A DNA stretch of 64,000 nucleotides, from positions 25,048,001 through 25,112,000 of the forward strand of contig OX597831.1 in NCBI GenBank assembly GCA_951406725.2, in the 5' to 3' direction. Below, in pieces: positions 1 to 13,615 of this stretch (its first letter is position 1; each line of letters opens with the position of its first letter). A program made the translations under genes and the position numbers. The stretch is from Octopus vulgaris (lineage: Eukaryota). The notes under the pieces are model-generated. The model saw only the letters and a list, made by a program, of their open reading frames with translations, ran no database searches and was not told where the DNA came from.

Positions 1-408
1 TGTATATGTATATGTGTCTACATATGTAATGAATTTATATATGTACACCCAAACACACACACACACACACATATGCATTTACACAACCAAACAAATACAC
101 CTATGTGCACAGGTGTGTATATCTGTCTCAAGTGACAAGAAAACAGTTCAAGAAAAGTTTCATTAAAATATTTTTAAAAAACTTTTCTTTTATTCCAGAT
201 TTGAGTTTTAACTTCTTTTACGTAGATTCTGACGTAAAATCATTTTTCTTGTCTCATTGTCTGTGCGTCATTAGCAGCATCTATTGTCCACCGTAACATC
301 TGTCCACCTCTCTGCCTTGTCAACTTTTTTGTCTACTATTATTTTCTTGTCACTCTTTATACATACATACATAACTCCTTCCTCGCTTCTTTCTCTTTCT
401 AACTTTAT

Positions 409-430
409 CCATCTACCTAACTATCTACCC

Positions 431-481
<51 letters not shown>

Positions 482-488
482 CATCTAC

Positions 489-537
<49 letters not shown>

Positions 538-558
538 CATCTACCTAACTATCTACCC

Positions 559-599
<41 letters not shown>

Positions 600-606
600 C
601 CTACCT
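409..606. repeat. (TATC)n tetranucleotide microsatellite
   Basis: Long run of atct/atcc units; explains ORF 284-694. Confidence 0.95.
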
Positions 607-1003
607 ATATATATACACACAAACACACACAAATATATATATATATGCTAGTGTCATCATGTTGTCAAGTATAATGACAGTTTTTATTAATTAAAAACAA
701 TATTTATCAGTTGGAGAAACAAAGATTATTTTAATTGTAATGTTTACAGCAAATATATCATCATCATCACCACCATCATTTCAACACCTACTTTTCTATC
801 CTTGCAGTTGGTCAGACAGAATTTGCTGATGCAAATTTCTTACAACTGGATGCTCTTCCTGTAGTTAACCCTCACCTCTTTCAAAGTAAGGGATTTACCT
901 CATGGCCAGACATGTTTTCTCAGAAGACAGGAAATGCACGATAGCATTTGTATAATAGCAACATTCATTTACATCTAACACACATTGTGTAGATATGGTG
1001 ACA

Positions 1004-1389
1004 GTGGAGGTGCAATGGCCCAGTGGTTAGGGCAACGGACTCGCCGTCGTAGGATCGCGATTTCGATTCCCAGACCGGGCATTGTGAGTGTTTATTGAGC
1101 GAAAACACCTAAAGCTCCACGAGGCTCCGGCAGGGATGGTGGTGATCCCTGCTGTACTCTTTCACCACAACTTTCTCTCACTCTTACTTCCTGTTTCTGT
1201 TGTACCTGTATTTCAAAGGGCCGGCCTTGTCACTCTCTGTGTCATGCTGAATATGCCCGAGAACTACGTTAAGGGTACACGTGTTTGTGGAGTGCTCAGC
1301 CACTTACACGTTAATTTCACGAGCAGGCTGTTCCGTTGATTGGATCAACCGGAACCCTCATTGTCGTAACCGACGGAGTGCTTCCATCC
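1004..1389 (+). mobile_element. tRNA-derived SINE, family D, full length
   Basis: A-box tggcccagtgg, B-box-like atttcgattcc; 13-bp TSD agatatggtgaca at 991-1003 and 1390-1402; close inverse copy at 48543-48922. Confidence 0.9.
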
Positions 1390-1445
1390 AGATATGGTGA
1401 CACATACAAATTTACCTATCTATTTTCATGTATCATCATAATCAA

Positions 1446-1828
1446 TCATCATCATCATTTTACGTCCGTTTTCCACGCTAGCATGGGTTGGACTGTTTGA
1501 CTGGGTCTGGGACGCCAGGAGGCTGCACCAGACTCCAGTCTGATCTGGCAGTGTTTCTACAGCTGGATGCTCTTCCTAACGCCAACCACACTGTGAGAGT
1601 AGTGGGTGCTTTTTACAGGCCACTGGCACAGGTGTCAGAGGAGGCTGGCAATGGCCATGATTGGTTGGTGCTTTTTACGTGCCACTGGCACGGAAGCCAG
1701 TCAAGGCAGCACTGGCATCGGCCACATTCGGATGGTGCTTTTTACATGCCACTGGCAAAGGTATCCAACTACAATTTCCATTTGATTTTTATTTGATGTT
1801 GATGTACTTGATTCAATAGGTCACCTCA
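1446..1828 (-). mobile_element. RTE-like retroposon 3' end (family E) with (GAT)n tail
   Basis: catcatcatttaacgtcc...gctggatgcccttcctaacgccaacc motif recurring at ~770, 2400, 6090-6490, 6705, 9220, 11040-11330, 12400, 32550, 40980-41135, 44630, 48230; RTE assignment from motif recognition only. Confidence 0.75.
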
Positions 1829-1829
1829 C

Positions 1830-1909
<80 letters not shown>

Positions 1910-3306
1910 TATATATATATATAGTCTTTCAGTTTCTATATGCCACGAAGGTAGTCTTTCAGTTTCTGTATGCCAAATCCACTCAAAAAGCTGTGGTTGT
2001 CTCTGGGCTATAGTGAAAGACACATGCCCAAGAGGTCATGCTATAAGCCTAAACCTAAACTAAGTGCTCAGCAATTAAACTTTTTAATCATGTAGCCATG
2101 TTTACTGTGCTTCATGTTCATTTTGCATGTGTGTGTGCACACACACATGTGTATGTTTAATCTTTTTTCAGTTGTCTGAATTCTTCTCAAAAGAAGATAA
2201 TTTTTAATATAGAGAGACGCAATTCCCATTACTGGAATATGGATGGCAACAATAAGTGCTACATGCTGAACTGTGGAAAAGCCTTGCTTACTTTAACTGT
2301 TCCACTTAGAGATTATATTTCATCATCATCATCATCATCATCACCATCATCATCATCATCCTCACCACCACCACCACCACCACTACCACCACCATCATCA
2401 TCATCATCATTTAATGTCTGCTTTCTATGCTGGCATGTGTTGGACAGTTTCACATGGAGCTGGCATGGCTGGAGAGCTGCAACAGGATCCAGTCATCTGA
2501 TTCGGTATGGTTTCTGTGACTGGGTGCCTTTCCTAACACCAAGCACTTTACAGAGTATATTGGTTTCTTTTTACATGGCCCCCACCCAATACCAGTGCTG
2601 TTACATGGCCCCAGCTCAGGTCCTTTTTACATGGCACCAGCATGGGTGCTTTTTATGTGACACTGGCACATAAAATACACATCAGGTGGTCACATTCTTT
2701 ACCTAAGATTCCCAGTTTTTTGAGCTTGTCACTTAATCATTTACTTATATAAAGAATATAATTAATAATTATCATTACAAAAGTAAATTTAAATCAGGAT
2801 AGATTAATTACAGATAACAAAACAGTTATCATTTTATATTATCTCTCTCCATGATGTTCTCGTTATTTAACAAAAGAAATTATATCTCATCAAGAGATAA
2901 AGTCTGTTAATGAATGATATATCTATGGATCTATGAATGAACACACACGTACATGCCATATAAAATTATTATTATTCAACATCCCTCTCTGAGCTGGCAT
3001 GGCTGGAATGGTTTCAACAGAACCCAATAAGTTAAAGAATTGCTCAAGCTGTTATGTCTGCTTGCTTTGAGATAGTTATTGATTATAGGAGGCCATCACT
3101 TTTCTCAAAACGGAGAGAAGTACAGTCCATTGAAAATCTTGCAACATCTGTGCGATGTATCTTGGAACTACATATGGGGGTGTGTGTGAGTGTGTGAGTG
3201 TGTGTGTGCTCCAGTATGGCTGCAGTCAAATGACTGAGACATAAAAGAATAGAAGAATATATATATGCATTAACTACAGCATAAGAGTGGTTTAGCTCTT
3301 ATTTCT

Positions 3307-3343
<37 letters not shown>

Positions 3344-3345
<2 letters not shown>

Positions 3346-3557
3346 GATCGCTAGCCACTACACATTCTTTATTTTCTCTCCTTGTTTCTTTCTGTGTTCC
3401 TTTCTTTGGAAGAGTGTAGGCTCAAAATGTTAAAGACAACAAACAGATGTATTAGTATAACACTCGGGAAGTGAAAAAGTCCTTAACGTTTCGAGCCTAC
3501 GCTCTTCCACAGAAAGGAACAAGGAGAGAAAATAAAGAATGTGTAGTGGCTAGTGAG

Positions 3558-3560
<3 letters not shown>
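3344..3560. mobile_element. Fold-back mini-element with hammerhead-like motifs (probable Penelope pLTR derivative)
   Basis: ~80-90-bp inverted arms (gctagccactacacattctttattttctctccttgtt... / ...gaatgtgtagtggctagt) flanked by (TA)n; minus arm reads CTGTGGA-A-GAGC-GTAG-GCTC-GAAA-CGTT. Confidence 0.7.
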
Positions 3561-3620
<60 letters not shown>

Positions 3621-3664
3621 CGTGTGTATGTGTGTATATATATATATGTGCATGTGTGTGTGTG

Positions 3665-4075
3665 TGTGGGTGTGTTTAATAAGAAAATTCTTTCTCAACC
3701 ACATGGTTCCAGGTTCAGTCACACTGTAAGGTACTATGGGCAAGTGTCTTTGGTCAGCCTCAGGTTCAAAATGCCTTGTGAGTGGATTTGATAGATGGAA
3801 ACTGAAAGAAGCCTGTTGTGTATGCATGTGCGCATGTGTGTGTGTGTGCACGCATGTCTTTATGTATGTAACTGTCTCCCATCACTGCTTGACAACTGGT
3901 GCTGGTTTGTTTATGTTCCTGTAACTCAGTGGGTTTACAAAGGAGACCAGGATAATAAGTACCAGGCTTAAAAAAAGATGTACTGGGGTCAATTTGTTTG
4001 ACTAAACTCTTCAAGGCAGTGCTCCAGCATGGCCGCAGTCCTGTGATTAAAACAAATAAAAGATTACAGGAAAAA
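3665..4075 (+). mobile_element. tRNA/CORE-like SINE, family A (degenerate)
   Basis: Matches family A consensus: ccacatggttccaggttcagtc...gggcaagtgtctt...ggaaactgaaagaagcc...gtgctccagcatggccgcagtc. Confidence 0.85.
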
Positions 4076-4771
4076 AGATATACATTAAAACACACACATA
4101 CACACATACACACACAAGTTATAAAAGCAAAAAAAAAGAAAAACACAGAAACATGGTTGTCTCCAAACTTGTCTTAAAATGACTTCCAAAGAAGAATTAA
4201 TATGTTAAATTCTTAAAGATTCTGACAGCAGAATTTTATGTCAATCTTCATCTAGAATTTCTGAAGAAATTTCATGAATATATGGCATTCTTTATATCAT
4301 AGAACTGATATCCACTAAATAAAAAAAAAAAGAAAAAGAAAAAAATATTACAAAAAGCAATATCACATCTTTTGATAGTGCTGAATAAAATGTTTATATA
4401 TTTACTTAATGAACAAAGATTTTTCTCTGTATTTTTCACCGAGGTTTTCCGTATATTTTTCTCATTATTTCATCTTTTATATATATATATATGTTGTGTT
4501 TTGTAATTTTTAAAATTATTTTATTATTAAAAAAAAAATGGCTTTTCTTTTACGATTCTGCATTCTTCATAAACATAAAATGCAGTGTCTTTTGGGTAAA
4601 GTGATATAAAGATACAAATTTCAAATGAGACAAGATGAGGTTTTTTTTTTCTTCTTTTATGGTTTGTCTCTATTGAATTTTGGTGTATTTTTAAAACCAC
4701 TACATATATATGTATGTCTGTATATCTGAATATGCATGAGTTTACAAACACACACATGTGTTCAAATATAT

Positions 4772-5050
4772 ATATTCACATACAACACACATGCTTATGT
4801 GTATATATATATATATATATATACGAATATGAATAGGTATCCATGTATAGATAAATGTAAGTATGTATGTATGTATGTTCACATATACATTCACATATAA
4901 CACACATGCTTATGTGAGAAGGAATAAGTATCTGTGTATAGGTATATGTATGTATATTCACATATACATTCACATACAATATACATGCTTATGTGTATAC
5001 ATATATACGAATATGAACAGGTATCTATGTATAGATATATGTATGTATGT
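4772..5050. repeat. Degenerate tandem repeat, ~3 units of 80-115 bp
   Basis: attcacatacaacacacatgcttatgtg...aggtatctatgtatagata repeated three times. Confidence 0.7.
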
Positions 5051-5337
5051 GTAATATGTGTATCAACGTTTAGCATCTGTTTTCCATCTATCTTTATATA
5101 TACAAAAATATACATATATGCAAAATATATATACATAAACATACAGACATATATATATATTCACACACACACACAGATACATACATGGATACAAACATGT
5201 ACACACACCAATCTATACTTATAAACACGTATTCTTTTAAGTTATATAGGTTCTATAGCTATCAAACAATTCCTTTGATGGAAAGAAATGAAAAAATGAT
5301 TATATACAAATTTTTTTGGATTTTTTTCTTATATTTT

Positions 5338-5616
<279 letters not shown>

Positions 5617-6904
5617 TATTTTATTTTATTTTATTAATAAAATTTCAATTCTTAAGGTAGGGATATTCAAACAAGCAGCTTTAGAAGATATGTCAGATTT
5701 ATTTTATTAATATGTAAAAACTTTAAGAAAAACAAACTAAAATTTGTTTAGAAATGATATACTTTTCTGACAGATTAACTATAAGGTTGTAAAATATCAC
5801 ACTTCTTATTTTCTCTTTAAATTGAATTTACAAACTTAGCTAAATATTTGATCCATAGGATATAATTATAATTCCTAACATCGTTATTTTATAAACTGTC
5901 CCTTCGCAAGTAAATTAATGGAAACACTGTTCTATTTAATTATGATTGGCACTTCACATATCTTTTATCTGCTCTGTAAGTTATGAATGATACATTAGTG
6001 GTATCTTGTAGATATAGTAGTCATGGTAACATAGGATATGATAAAGCACTTTCCCAAGTCATACAGATTCATAAGACTGGTTTCCTGATTTTTGTAAAGT
6101 GGTTGGCATTTGGAAGGGCATCCAGCTGTAAAAAATATGCCAAATCTATCTTTGCTTGTGTTAAGGCCACATAAAAAGTGATGAGTTTCCTCTGCTGAAT
6201 GGTTGGTTAGGAAGGGCATCCAGACATAAAGATCCTGCTAAAACAGACACAGTAGCAAAGGGTGGTTTTTCTACCTGGCCAGCTCCTGTGAAGCATCCTA
6301 ACCATGCATGCATGGACAATTCGGACAGTTAACAACGATGATAATGAGGACTCAAGAAGCCTAATACCAGTGCTGGTACCACAGAAAAGGCACTTATGCT
6401 GGTGCCACATAAAAAGAACCCAGTACACTCTGTAAAATAGCTGGCATTAGAAAGGGCATCCAGCCATAGAAACCATGCTAGAACAGACATGCAATTTATT
6501 TTAAGGGTAAAAAAGTTGAGAAACACTGGGTTAGAGTGTTAGATTGATGATCTTTAGACTGTGGTTTCTGTTCTTGGACTGGATGAAGCAGTGTATTCTT
6601 GAGAAAAACACTTCATTTCACATTGTTCCAGTCCACTCAGCTGTCAAAAGTGAGTAATTCTGCAACAGACTGGCAACCTGTCCATGGGGACAATATATCA
6701 TTATCATCATCACCATCATTTAACCTCAGTTTTCCATGCTGGCATGAGTTGGACGGTTTGACAAGGAGCTGGTAAGGCTAATGCACGGGGGGAGTGGGGT
6801 CACACCAGGGTCCATTGTCTGTTCTGGCATGGTTTCTATGGCTGGATGCCCTTTCTGATGCCAGCTATTTTACAGAGTGTACTGGGTTCTTTTTATGTTC
6901 TTTT

Positions 6905-7062
6905 TCTTGAGCAAAACACTTCATTTCATGTTGCTCCAGTCCACTCAGCCGGCAAAAATGAGTAACGCTGCAATGGACTGGCATCCCATCCAGCCTGGGA
7001 ACACATATGCCATGGAAACCGGGAAACCGGGCCCATGAGCCTGGCTAGGCTTTAAAAGGGCA
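6905..7062 (+). mobile_element. CORE-type SINE family C, 5'-truncated
   Basis: cttgagcaaaacacttcatttcatgttgctccagtccactcagc...gagcctggctaggctttaaaagggc. Confidence 0.85.
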
Positions 7063-7072
7063 CATTAATTAT

Positions 7073-7304
7073 TTTTAAAGCCTAGCCAGGCTCATGGGCT
7101 CGGTTTCCGTGGCGTTTGTGTTCCCAAGCTGGATGGGACGCCAGTCCATTGCAGCGTAACTCATTTTTGCCAGCTGAGTGGACTGGAGCAACACGAAATG
7201 AAGTGTTTTGCTCAAGAACACAACACGTCGCACAGTCCAGGAATCGAAACCACAATCTTGCGATCATGATGCTGACACTCTAACCACTAAGCCACGCACC
7301 TCCA

Positions 7305-7305
<1 letters not shown>
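7073..7305 (-). mobile_element. CORE-type SINE family C, full length
   Basis: Minus strand gtggaggtgcgtggcttagtggttagag (A-box)...ggtttcgattcc (B-box), then CORE-like tgttcttgagcaaaacact; other copies at 9690, 19820, 63557. Confidence 0.9.
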
Positions 7306-7345
<40 letters not shown>

Positions 7346-8319
7346 TACATATTCTAAGGAGGAAGGAAAGAGACTTTGCTTAGTAAGTTGTTTAGATCAT
7401 GTCATCTCTGATTGAACATGCTGATAATTGGCTTTATTCCACATGTGATTATCTCTCATCTCATCTTTCTAGAGCTAACTAAGAATAAATTATCTTACTA
7501 AGTTTTCTTTACTTCGGACATTAGGGTGTAAATTGAGGAATTTGGCTGCTATGTTTAGCAGGACAGGCATTTCCCTCATTTGCTCACGTTTAGAATTGAA
7601 TCTAGCAATTGAAACAAGACAGTGGTGATGGAATGTAGAGAAAAAGATGTAGGTATCAAGCAGACTTTGGTTAATGTGGCTATGCAACTGCTTAGTTCCA
7701 AGGAGTCGAGAGAATTGCAGAAAATGCAGAGAGAACAAACAGCATATTTGTGGGTTATTAGTTGCTGTGCATTGGAGTATGTAAATCTTTGTATTTGTTC
7801 TGCATGGATTGTTTGCCTGTGCACCTAATGGTGATATTACTGGGAGAGATAGTTTCTTTGGACTGTGAATTTGTCAAAGACTCTGAAGATAATAACATGG
7901 AATATTGCATTATTATTCAATAATTCTGTAACACTGGTGCAGCATTTTCGTTTTGCTTTGTTTTTTGTTATTTATTTGTTTTTTTTTGTTACATGTATCT
8001 AACATCTTTGGAATTCTTTCATGATTTGAAAATGGATTCTATAAGTTGCTTGTGTGTGGAACCATTAAGTATCTTATAGGTTCCTGCCACATCTAATTCC
8101 AGTGCTTCAGTGAAATTGAAATACAGTGATGTTAAAATTTTTGTAAATGTTCTTTAAGATTTCTTTCTATTTTTTCCTTTTTTTTTTTAATAAAAATTCT
8201 TTATACATATACCTCAAAATTGTAAAAAGAAATTGAGAAAACTCACCAGGATTCTGTATAAATTTCTAAGACAATCTAAATCTTTATAAACCCAAATCAA
8301 AATACTAAGCAAAAAAAAA

Positions 8320-8370
<51 letters not shown>

Positions 8371-8918
8371 GAGTGCAGTAAATTTATATTCATCATTGCA
8401 TCAAGAAGAGAATTGAGATAAGTTCCCAATAAACTAGGTATGCAATGTAGTAGGTTTTTGTTTTCAAGATAAGCCATTTCAGTAAACTGAAGTCATCACA
8501 CACACACACATACACACACCTGATCAAACCTTCCACTCAAGATTTAATCGAGGACTTTAAGCAACAATATTACATTCATTTATTAAAGAAATGACTACGA
8601 AACCAAAGAAAATTGTAAAAATAAACCCAGCTCATTTTGTCTACTCATACACATATTGTTGTTGTTGTTGTTGAGAGTGGTGATGGAGATGGGAGAGAGA
8701 AATTATAATGATGCATAAAATTTAGGGGTTTTACAGGAATATGAATTACTAGAGGTTCATTATCTTCAACGCCATTAATCTTCTTATATTGCCTCTAACA
8801 GAAAAGCATTTAACAAAAGTTGTTTCTGCTCGTACACACATGCTAATGCATATGAGTGTGTATATACTTTTGCAGGAATATATATGTATTTGTGTGTGTG
8901 TGTACGTATGTATAAATA

Positions 8919-9056
8919 TTGGGTCATCTCATAAATAATGTGGTTTATTCATACTTCTTTTATTTTTCAAAATGAAGATAAAGTTCTAAAATATACTCTC
9001 TTTCAATTTCTACAATGCTCTAACATCAATCTGGCTGACTTGCAAGGCCCCTCTTC
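8919..9056 (-). mobile_element. Mariner-type DNA transposon 3' remnant
   Basis: TA followed by TIR-like ttgggtcatctcataaataatg; minus strand reads KRGLASQPD*C*SIVEIEREYILE, resembling the mariner transposase C-terminus (GI..LP.RW..C....G.Y). Confidence 0.6.
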
Positions 9057-9737
9057 ATACCATTCTTTAAACCTATAGCTTCTCTAGACATCGGTACACT
9101 AAAGTTCCAACATATAGCAAGTGACTTGGTCAAAACTCAGAAGATTATCCACAATCTTTTAAATTACGAATTTGGCTGCATTTTTGAATTCAATAACTAT
9201 ACTACTCATGAACATTCTTCATCATCATCATCATCCACATTCCATGCTGGCGTGGTTGGGCCAGGCAGAATACTACCACAGGCTACAGCATCTGTTTTGG
9301 CATGGTTTTTATAACTGGATGCCCTTCTTAACACCAACCACCCCACAGAGTTAACTGTGTGCTTTTTACGTGGTACTAGCACATGTGAGGTCAGTTTTGC
9401 TTATAAACCCCAAAAAACAGTGTGGCACCCATGGCAATTTGAAAGCATTTTTTAATGTTCAGAATTATTGAAAGCATGGAATAAACTATGTATGACAGTC
9501 ATTAGCAGTCAGAGCACTACATCCCTAAAAATTCCATGCTTCTCGAAATTTGCCAATACTATTCCTGGCATGGATATGCAACCATTTCCCTTTATGGTTG
9601 TTCATTTCAAGTTCTGTTTCTGTCTTGTCTGTTATCCTCTGTGCTATGCATACACTTAGTGCTAAAAATTTTAAATTGCAATCCTGATTGTGGAGGCATG
9701 CGGTTTGTGGTTAGAGTGTTAAACACATGATTGTTAG

Positions 9738-9942
9738 ATGTTGTTGTTGTTAAGCAACAAGACGGGTAAGGGTGATTAGGTGATGGTCTAGGGTTTAGGG
9801 GTGGGAGACCCCAGACCTTGGAAAAAAAAAAAACTTTGGTCGTCTTGTAGTCAAGGGCTCTTCGTTGACACCTGACACCACTGAGAGGTGGCCCTCGAAG
9901 TCACTGGAAATGGAGATCTCCAGCTCCAAATTCTTGAATGGC
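9738..9942 (-). mobile_element. 5'-truncated retroposon with (CAA)n tail inserted in a family C SINE
   Basis: 10-bp TSD tgattgttag at 9728-9737 and 9943-9952; SINE C head upstream (9690) and body downstream (9955-10140). Confidence 0.65.
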
Positions 9943-10367
9943 TGATTGTTAGCTTGTAGATTTGATACCTGGATGGGGAGATGAGTTGCATTCTTGAGCA
10001 AGACACTTCATTTTTCATGCTGCTCAAGTTCACTTAGCTGGTAAAAGCAAATGATCCTGCGAATGACCGGCGTCCCATCCATCAGGGAATATATATGCTA
10101 CAGGAACCAGAAATTCACCCTATGAGTTTATACGACTTGGGAAGCAGCTTTATTCTATCTTATCTTACCATGATTACTATAACTACAAGATACCACTAAT
10201 TTAGCATTCATAACTTAGAAAATAAAAGGTAGACACATGAAGTGCCATCATTGGTTTTTTTTATATACTTATTGTTGCTTTCTATTCCCTTTTGTAGTGC
10301 GGCTGAACACTGTGGAAAATGAGCTCATTATTATGATATATACATATGTGCTAGTATGTAAAGAGTA

Positions 10368-10445
<78 letters not shown>

Positions 10446-10454
10446 ATATATATA

Positions 10455-10900
10455 TACCAAAGTAATCAATTAAATGTGAAACAAGGCGGGAAAAAATAGT
10501 ACTCTAATACCAGAGGTAGAGTAATATACTTTATCATTATTAAAGCTGCAAAAATAGTACAAAAAGCTTACTACTAAGAGTTTCACATTCGTCAGGAACA
10601 TGAAACTCTGAGTAGCAGTTTTTCGTGGTATTTTTATAATGTTTTTGCTGTTTTAATGATAATAAAATAAATGTATATCTATAAGTAAGAATACAAATCT
10701 GCATGTGTGCATATATATATATATATATATATACACACATGTACACACACACACATATATATATACACACATGTACACATATATATAAGAGTGAGTAAGC
10801 ACATAAATGCAAAACAAGGTGGATTCTAAACAAAACTGTCTGACGAAACTGAACCTCTGTGTAACAGTTTTTGTGATATTTCTGCTGCTTTTCAACGAAG
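10455..10900. mobile_element. Fold-back element fragments with hammerhead cores (second Penelope-pLTR-like family)
   Basis: Palindrome 10571-10615 (gagtttcacattcgtcaggaacatgaaactc); minus strand CTGACGA-ATGT-GAAA-CTCTTAG-TA; degenerate plus copy aaaactgt-CTGACGA...TA-acagtttt at 10832-10871. Confidence 0.55.
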
Positions 10901-10906
10901 TATATA

Positions 10907-11000
<94 letters not shown>

Positions 11001-13154
11001 CATACATACATACATATACACACACACACACACAAGCCTCACCAGTGCTGGTACTGTCTAATATGAACCCAATCCACTCTGTAAAGTGGTTGGTGTTAGG
11101 AAAGGTATCCAGTATGAAAATCATGCCAAAACAGACCTCACTGATGTCAGTGCCACATAAAAACCACTCAGTTCCCTCTGTAAAGGTGGTGATGTTAGGA
11201 AGGGCATCCAGCTGTAAAATCTATGGCAAAACAGACAATGGAGCTTGGTGCAATCCTCTGGTTTGCCAGCTTCTATCAAACCATCCAACCCTTAACGGCA
11301 TGGAAGATGGACATTAAAAGATGATGAGGATGATATATATGTATGTGCATACAATATATGTATGTATATGTGAAATGTATTTAAAAAAATTTTTTTGTTT
11401 TTGTTTTTGTTTTTGGTAATATAATACAAGAGGAACTTCTGGTTAATATCTGAGAGTGTTCTGCTTTAAATTCTCTATTTTAACATAGACTTTTGTTAAT
11501 ATTTTCATTTTAAAAATCAGATTAGAGAACATTCTTCAAAATTTTGCAAAAGTGGAAAAAAAAAACTAAAAAAAAACGGCAAGGTATAATGCTAAAACAA
11601 AGTTGAACAGAGAATTCACCCTTTTCTTATAAATGCTTCCATCTTGCTTTTTTTTCATATTGCATGTTTTTTTTTTTTTTTTTTTTTCATCTTTCATCTG
11701 AAGAATTCTCAAAAGTAGCATTAAACCAACCATTAAGGATGCTTCGAGCTTATCTGATCAGCAGAAGTTTAAAATGGAAAACACCCTTTTCACATCTTGT
11801 AGCGCTAAGTAGTTGATGTACAAATAGAAGACACTCTCCATTCCTAATTGTATGCTTGTGTAATGAAAGATGCTCCCAGGCTACCATACTTCATTTTTGT
11901 TTAGCTTTGTTTTAAAAAGGTAAATTTAGTTTTATGTAATAATTTTTCCATATTTTTGCTTGAGTTATTTTTCTTAACTTCTTTTACTTTCCAATATTTA
12001 TAATTTTTTTAACTACTTTTTAAAAAAATAATTAATTCATAATTTTGTTAATTTTCTAAAGAATATAATTGGATCTTTTCGAGAAATGTCTCTGAGTTTG
12101 CAGCTGTCTAAGTCCATACTGTGTTGTGTGGGACTTTAAGACAAAGAGTTAAATTTTTCATATACTCTCACCCCACCCTCCATCACTGTATTGTGTTACC
12201 TTTATTAATTATCTTTCACTTGTTTTGGTTACTACACTTATTCTGTCAGTCGCTTTTGTTGAACCACTAAGTTATGGGGAACCTCACACCTGTTGTCAAG
12301 CGATTTGAAAGACAATCACAGACATGCACACACACACATACATACATGTATACACATACTCGGCTGTGTCAAGCCCCAATGTCAGTTCTGGTGTAGCTTC
12401 TAGGACTGGCATGCCTTCCTAGTGCCAATCATCTTACAGTGAGTACTGGATGCTTTTTCCATGACACTAGCATCTAGTAAAGTTGCCAAGTAACTTGTAA
12501 GACAATGTAAAGAAAGAAAAAGAAAAAGCCCTCGTGACTAAGCAGGAGTGCTTTGTGCAAGATGATGGAAGCTGAAGTACAATATAAGGACAAGAACAGG
12601 TGCCTTGCTATAGAAAACATACATAGTTTTCTTGCATTATATGAGGATGGATGAGAATAGCTGAAAGGGAGATGAATATGGTAATGACAGGGAATCTGTG
12701 CATACTCACAAGGTACAAGGTACATGTGTAAATACAAATTTGTGATACTATCTTCATTGTTTTAACTCCTTTCTTCCATGCTGCTAGAATTTTTACCGCT
12801 GGATGTCTTTCCTCTCCCCAACACTTGTCATTATTTATTACAACACCCTAAGATGTGATGTATTTATTCTAAACCTGGGAATTGTATCTATTGAAACAGT
12901 AAAATATATAAACTTTTGTGACATTAATCAGTAAATAATGTTTTGTGAAATGAAAAATGAAACATACCATCTGTCATAATTATATACAGTTAAGAATGAT
13001 AATAACAGAAATTTATTGGCAAATATATTTTAGCATCCTCCTTCAAAATTGGCATCCCCTCATCTCTTTAACATTCAGATTATTGTGAATGCATTCTGTC
13101 AAATGCAAAGCTTATTCCCTCACATTATTTTGAATTAATCATGCATTATCTTAA

Positions 13155-13376
13155 ACCTTTCATTACCGTATTTCTGTTGAGATGCTCTGTGTTTCTTTCA
13201 ATTACTTTAAATATAACAAAGAATATAGTAAAATAACTTAGTTATCATTCAGCTAGTGTTAGGCACCATAAATTGTGACTAAGGTTTGGTGGAAGATTTT
13301 AATTCAAAACTTATGAAAACAAGACATTTGTACTACAGAGCTAGAATTGGTTTCAGTCGGGTTGGTATTGAAAGGG
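13155..13376 (+). mobile_element. piggyBac-type MITE family A
   Basis: TTAA flanks; short TIRs (c)cctttc.ttacc / ggta..gaaaggg; ~222 bp. Confidence 0.85.
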
Positions 13377-13395
13377 TTAAATTAATCATTTGTAA

Positions 13396-13615
13396 CCCTT
13401 TTGTTACCATATTTCTGTTGAGATGCTCTGTGTTTCTTTCAATTACTTTAAATATAACAAAGAATTTAGTAAAATAACTTAGTTATCATTCAGCTAGTGT
13501 TAAGAACATAAACTGTGACTAAGGTTTGGTGGAAGATTTTAATTCCAAACTTATGAAAACAAGACATATGTACTCAGAGCCAGAGATGGTTTCTGCCGGG
13601 TCGGTAACAAAAAGG
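13396..13615 (+). mobile_element. piggyBac-type MITE family A (adjacent second copy)
   Basis: Near-identical to 13155-13376; TTAA at 13616. Confidence 0.85.

Noticed and set aside
7622-7828. 68-aa ORF in unique sequence
   Set aside because: No recognisable motif or convincing splice boundaries
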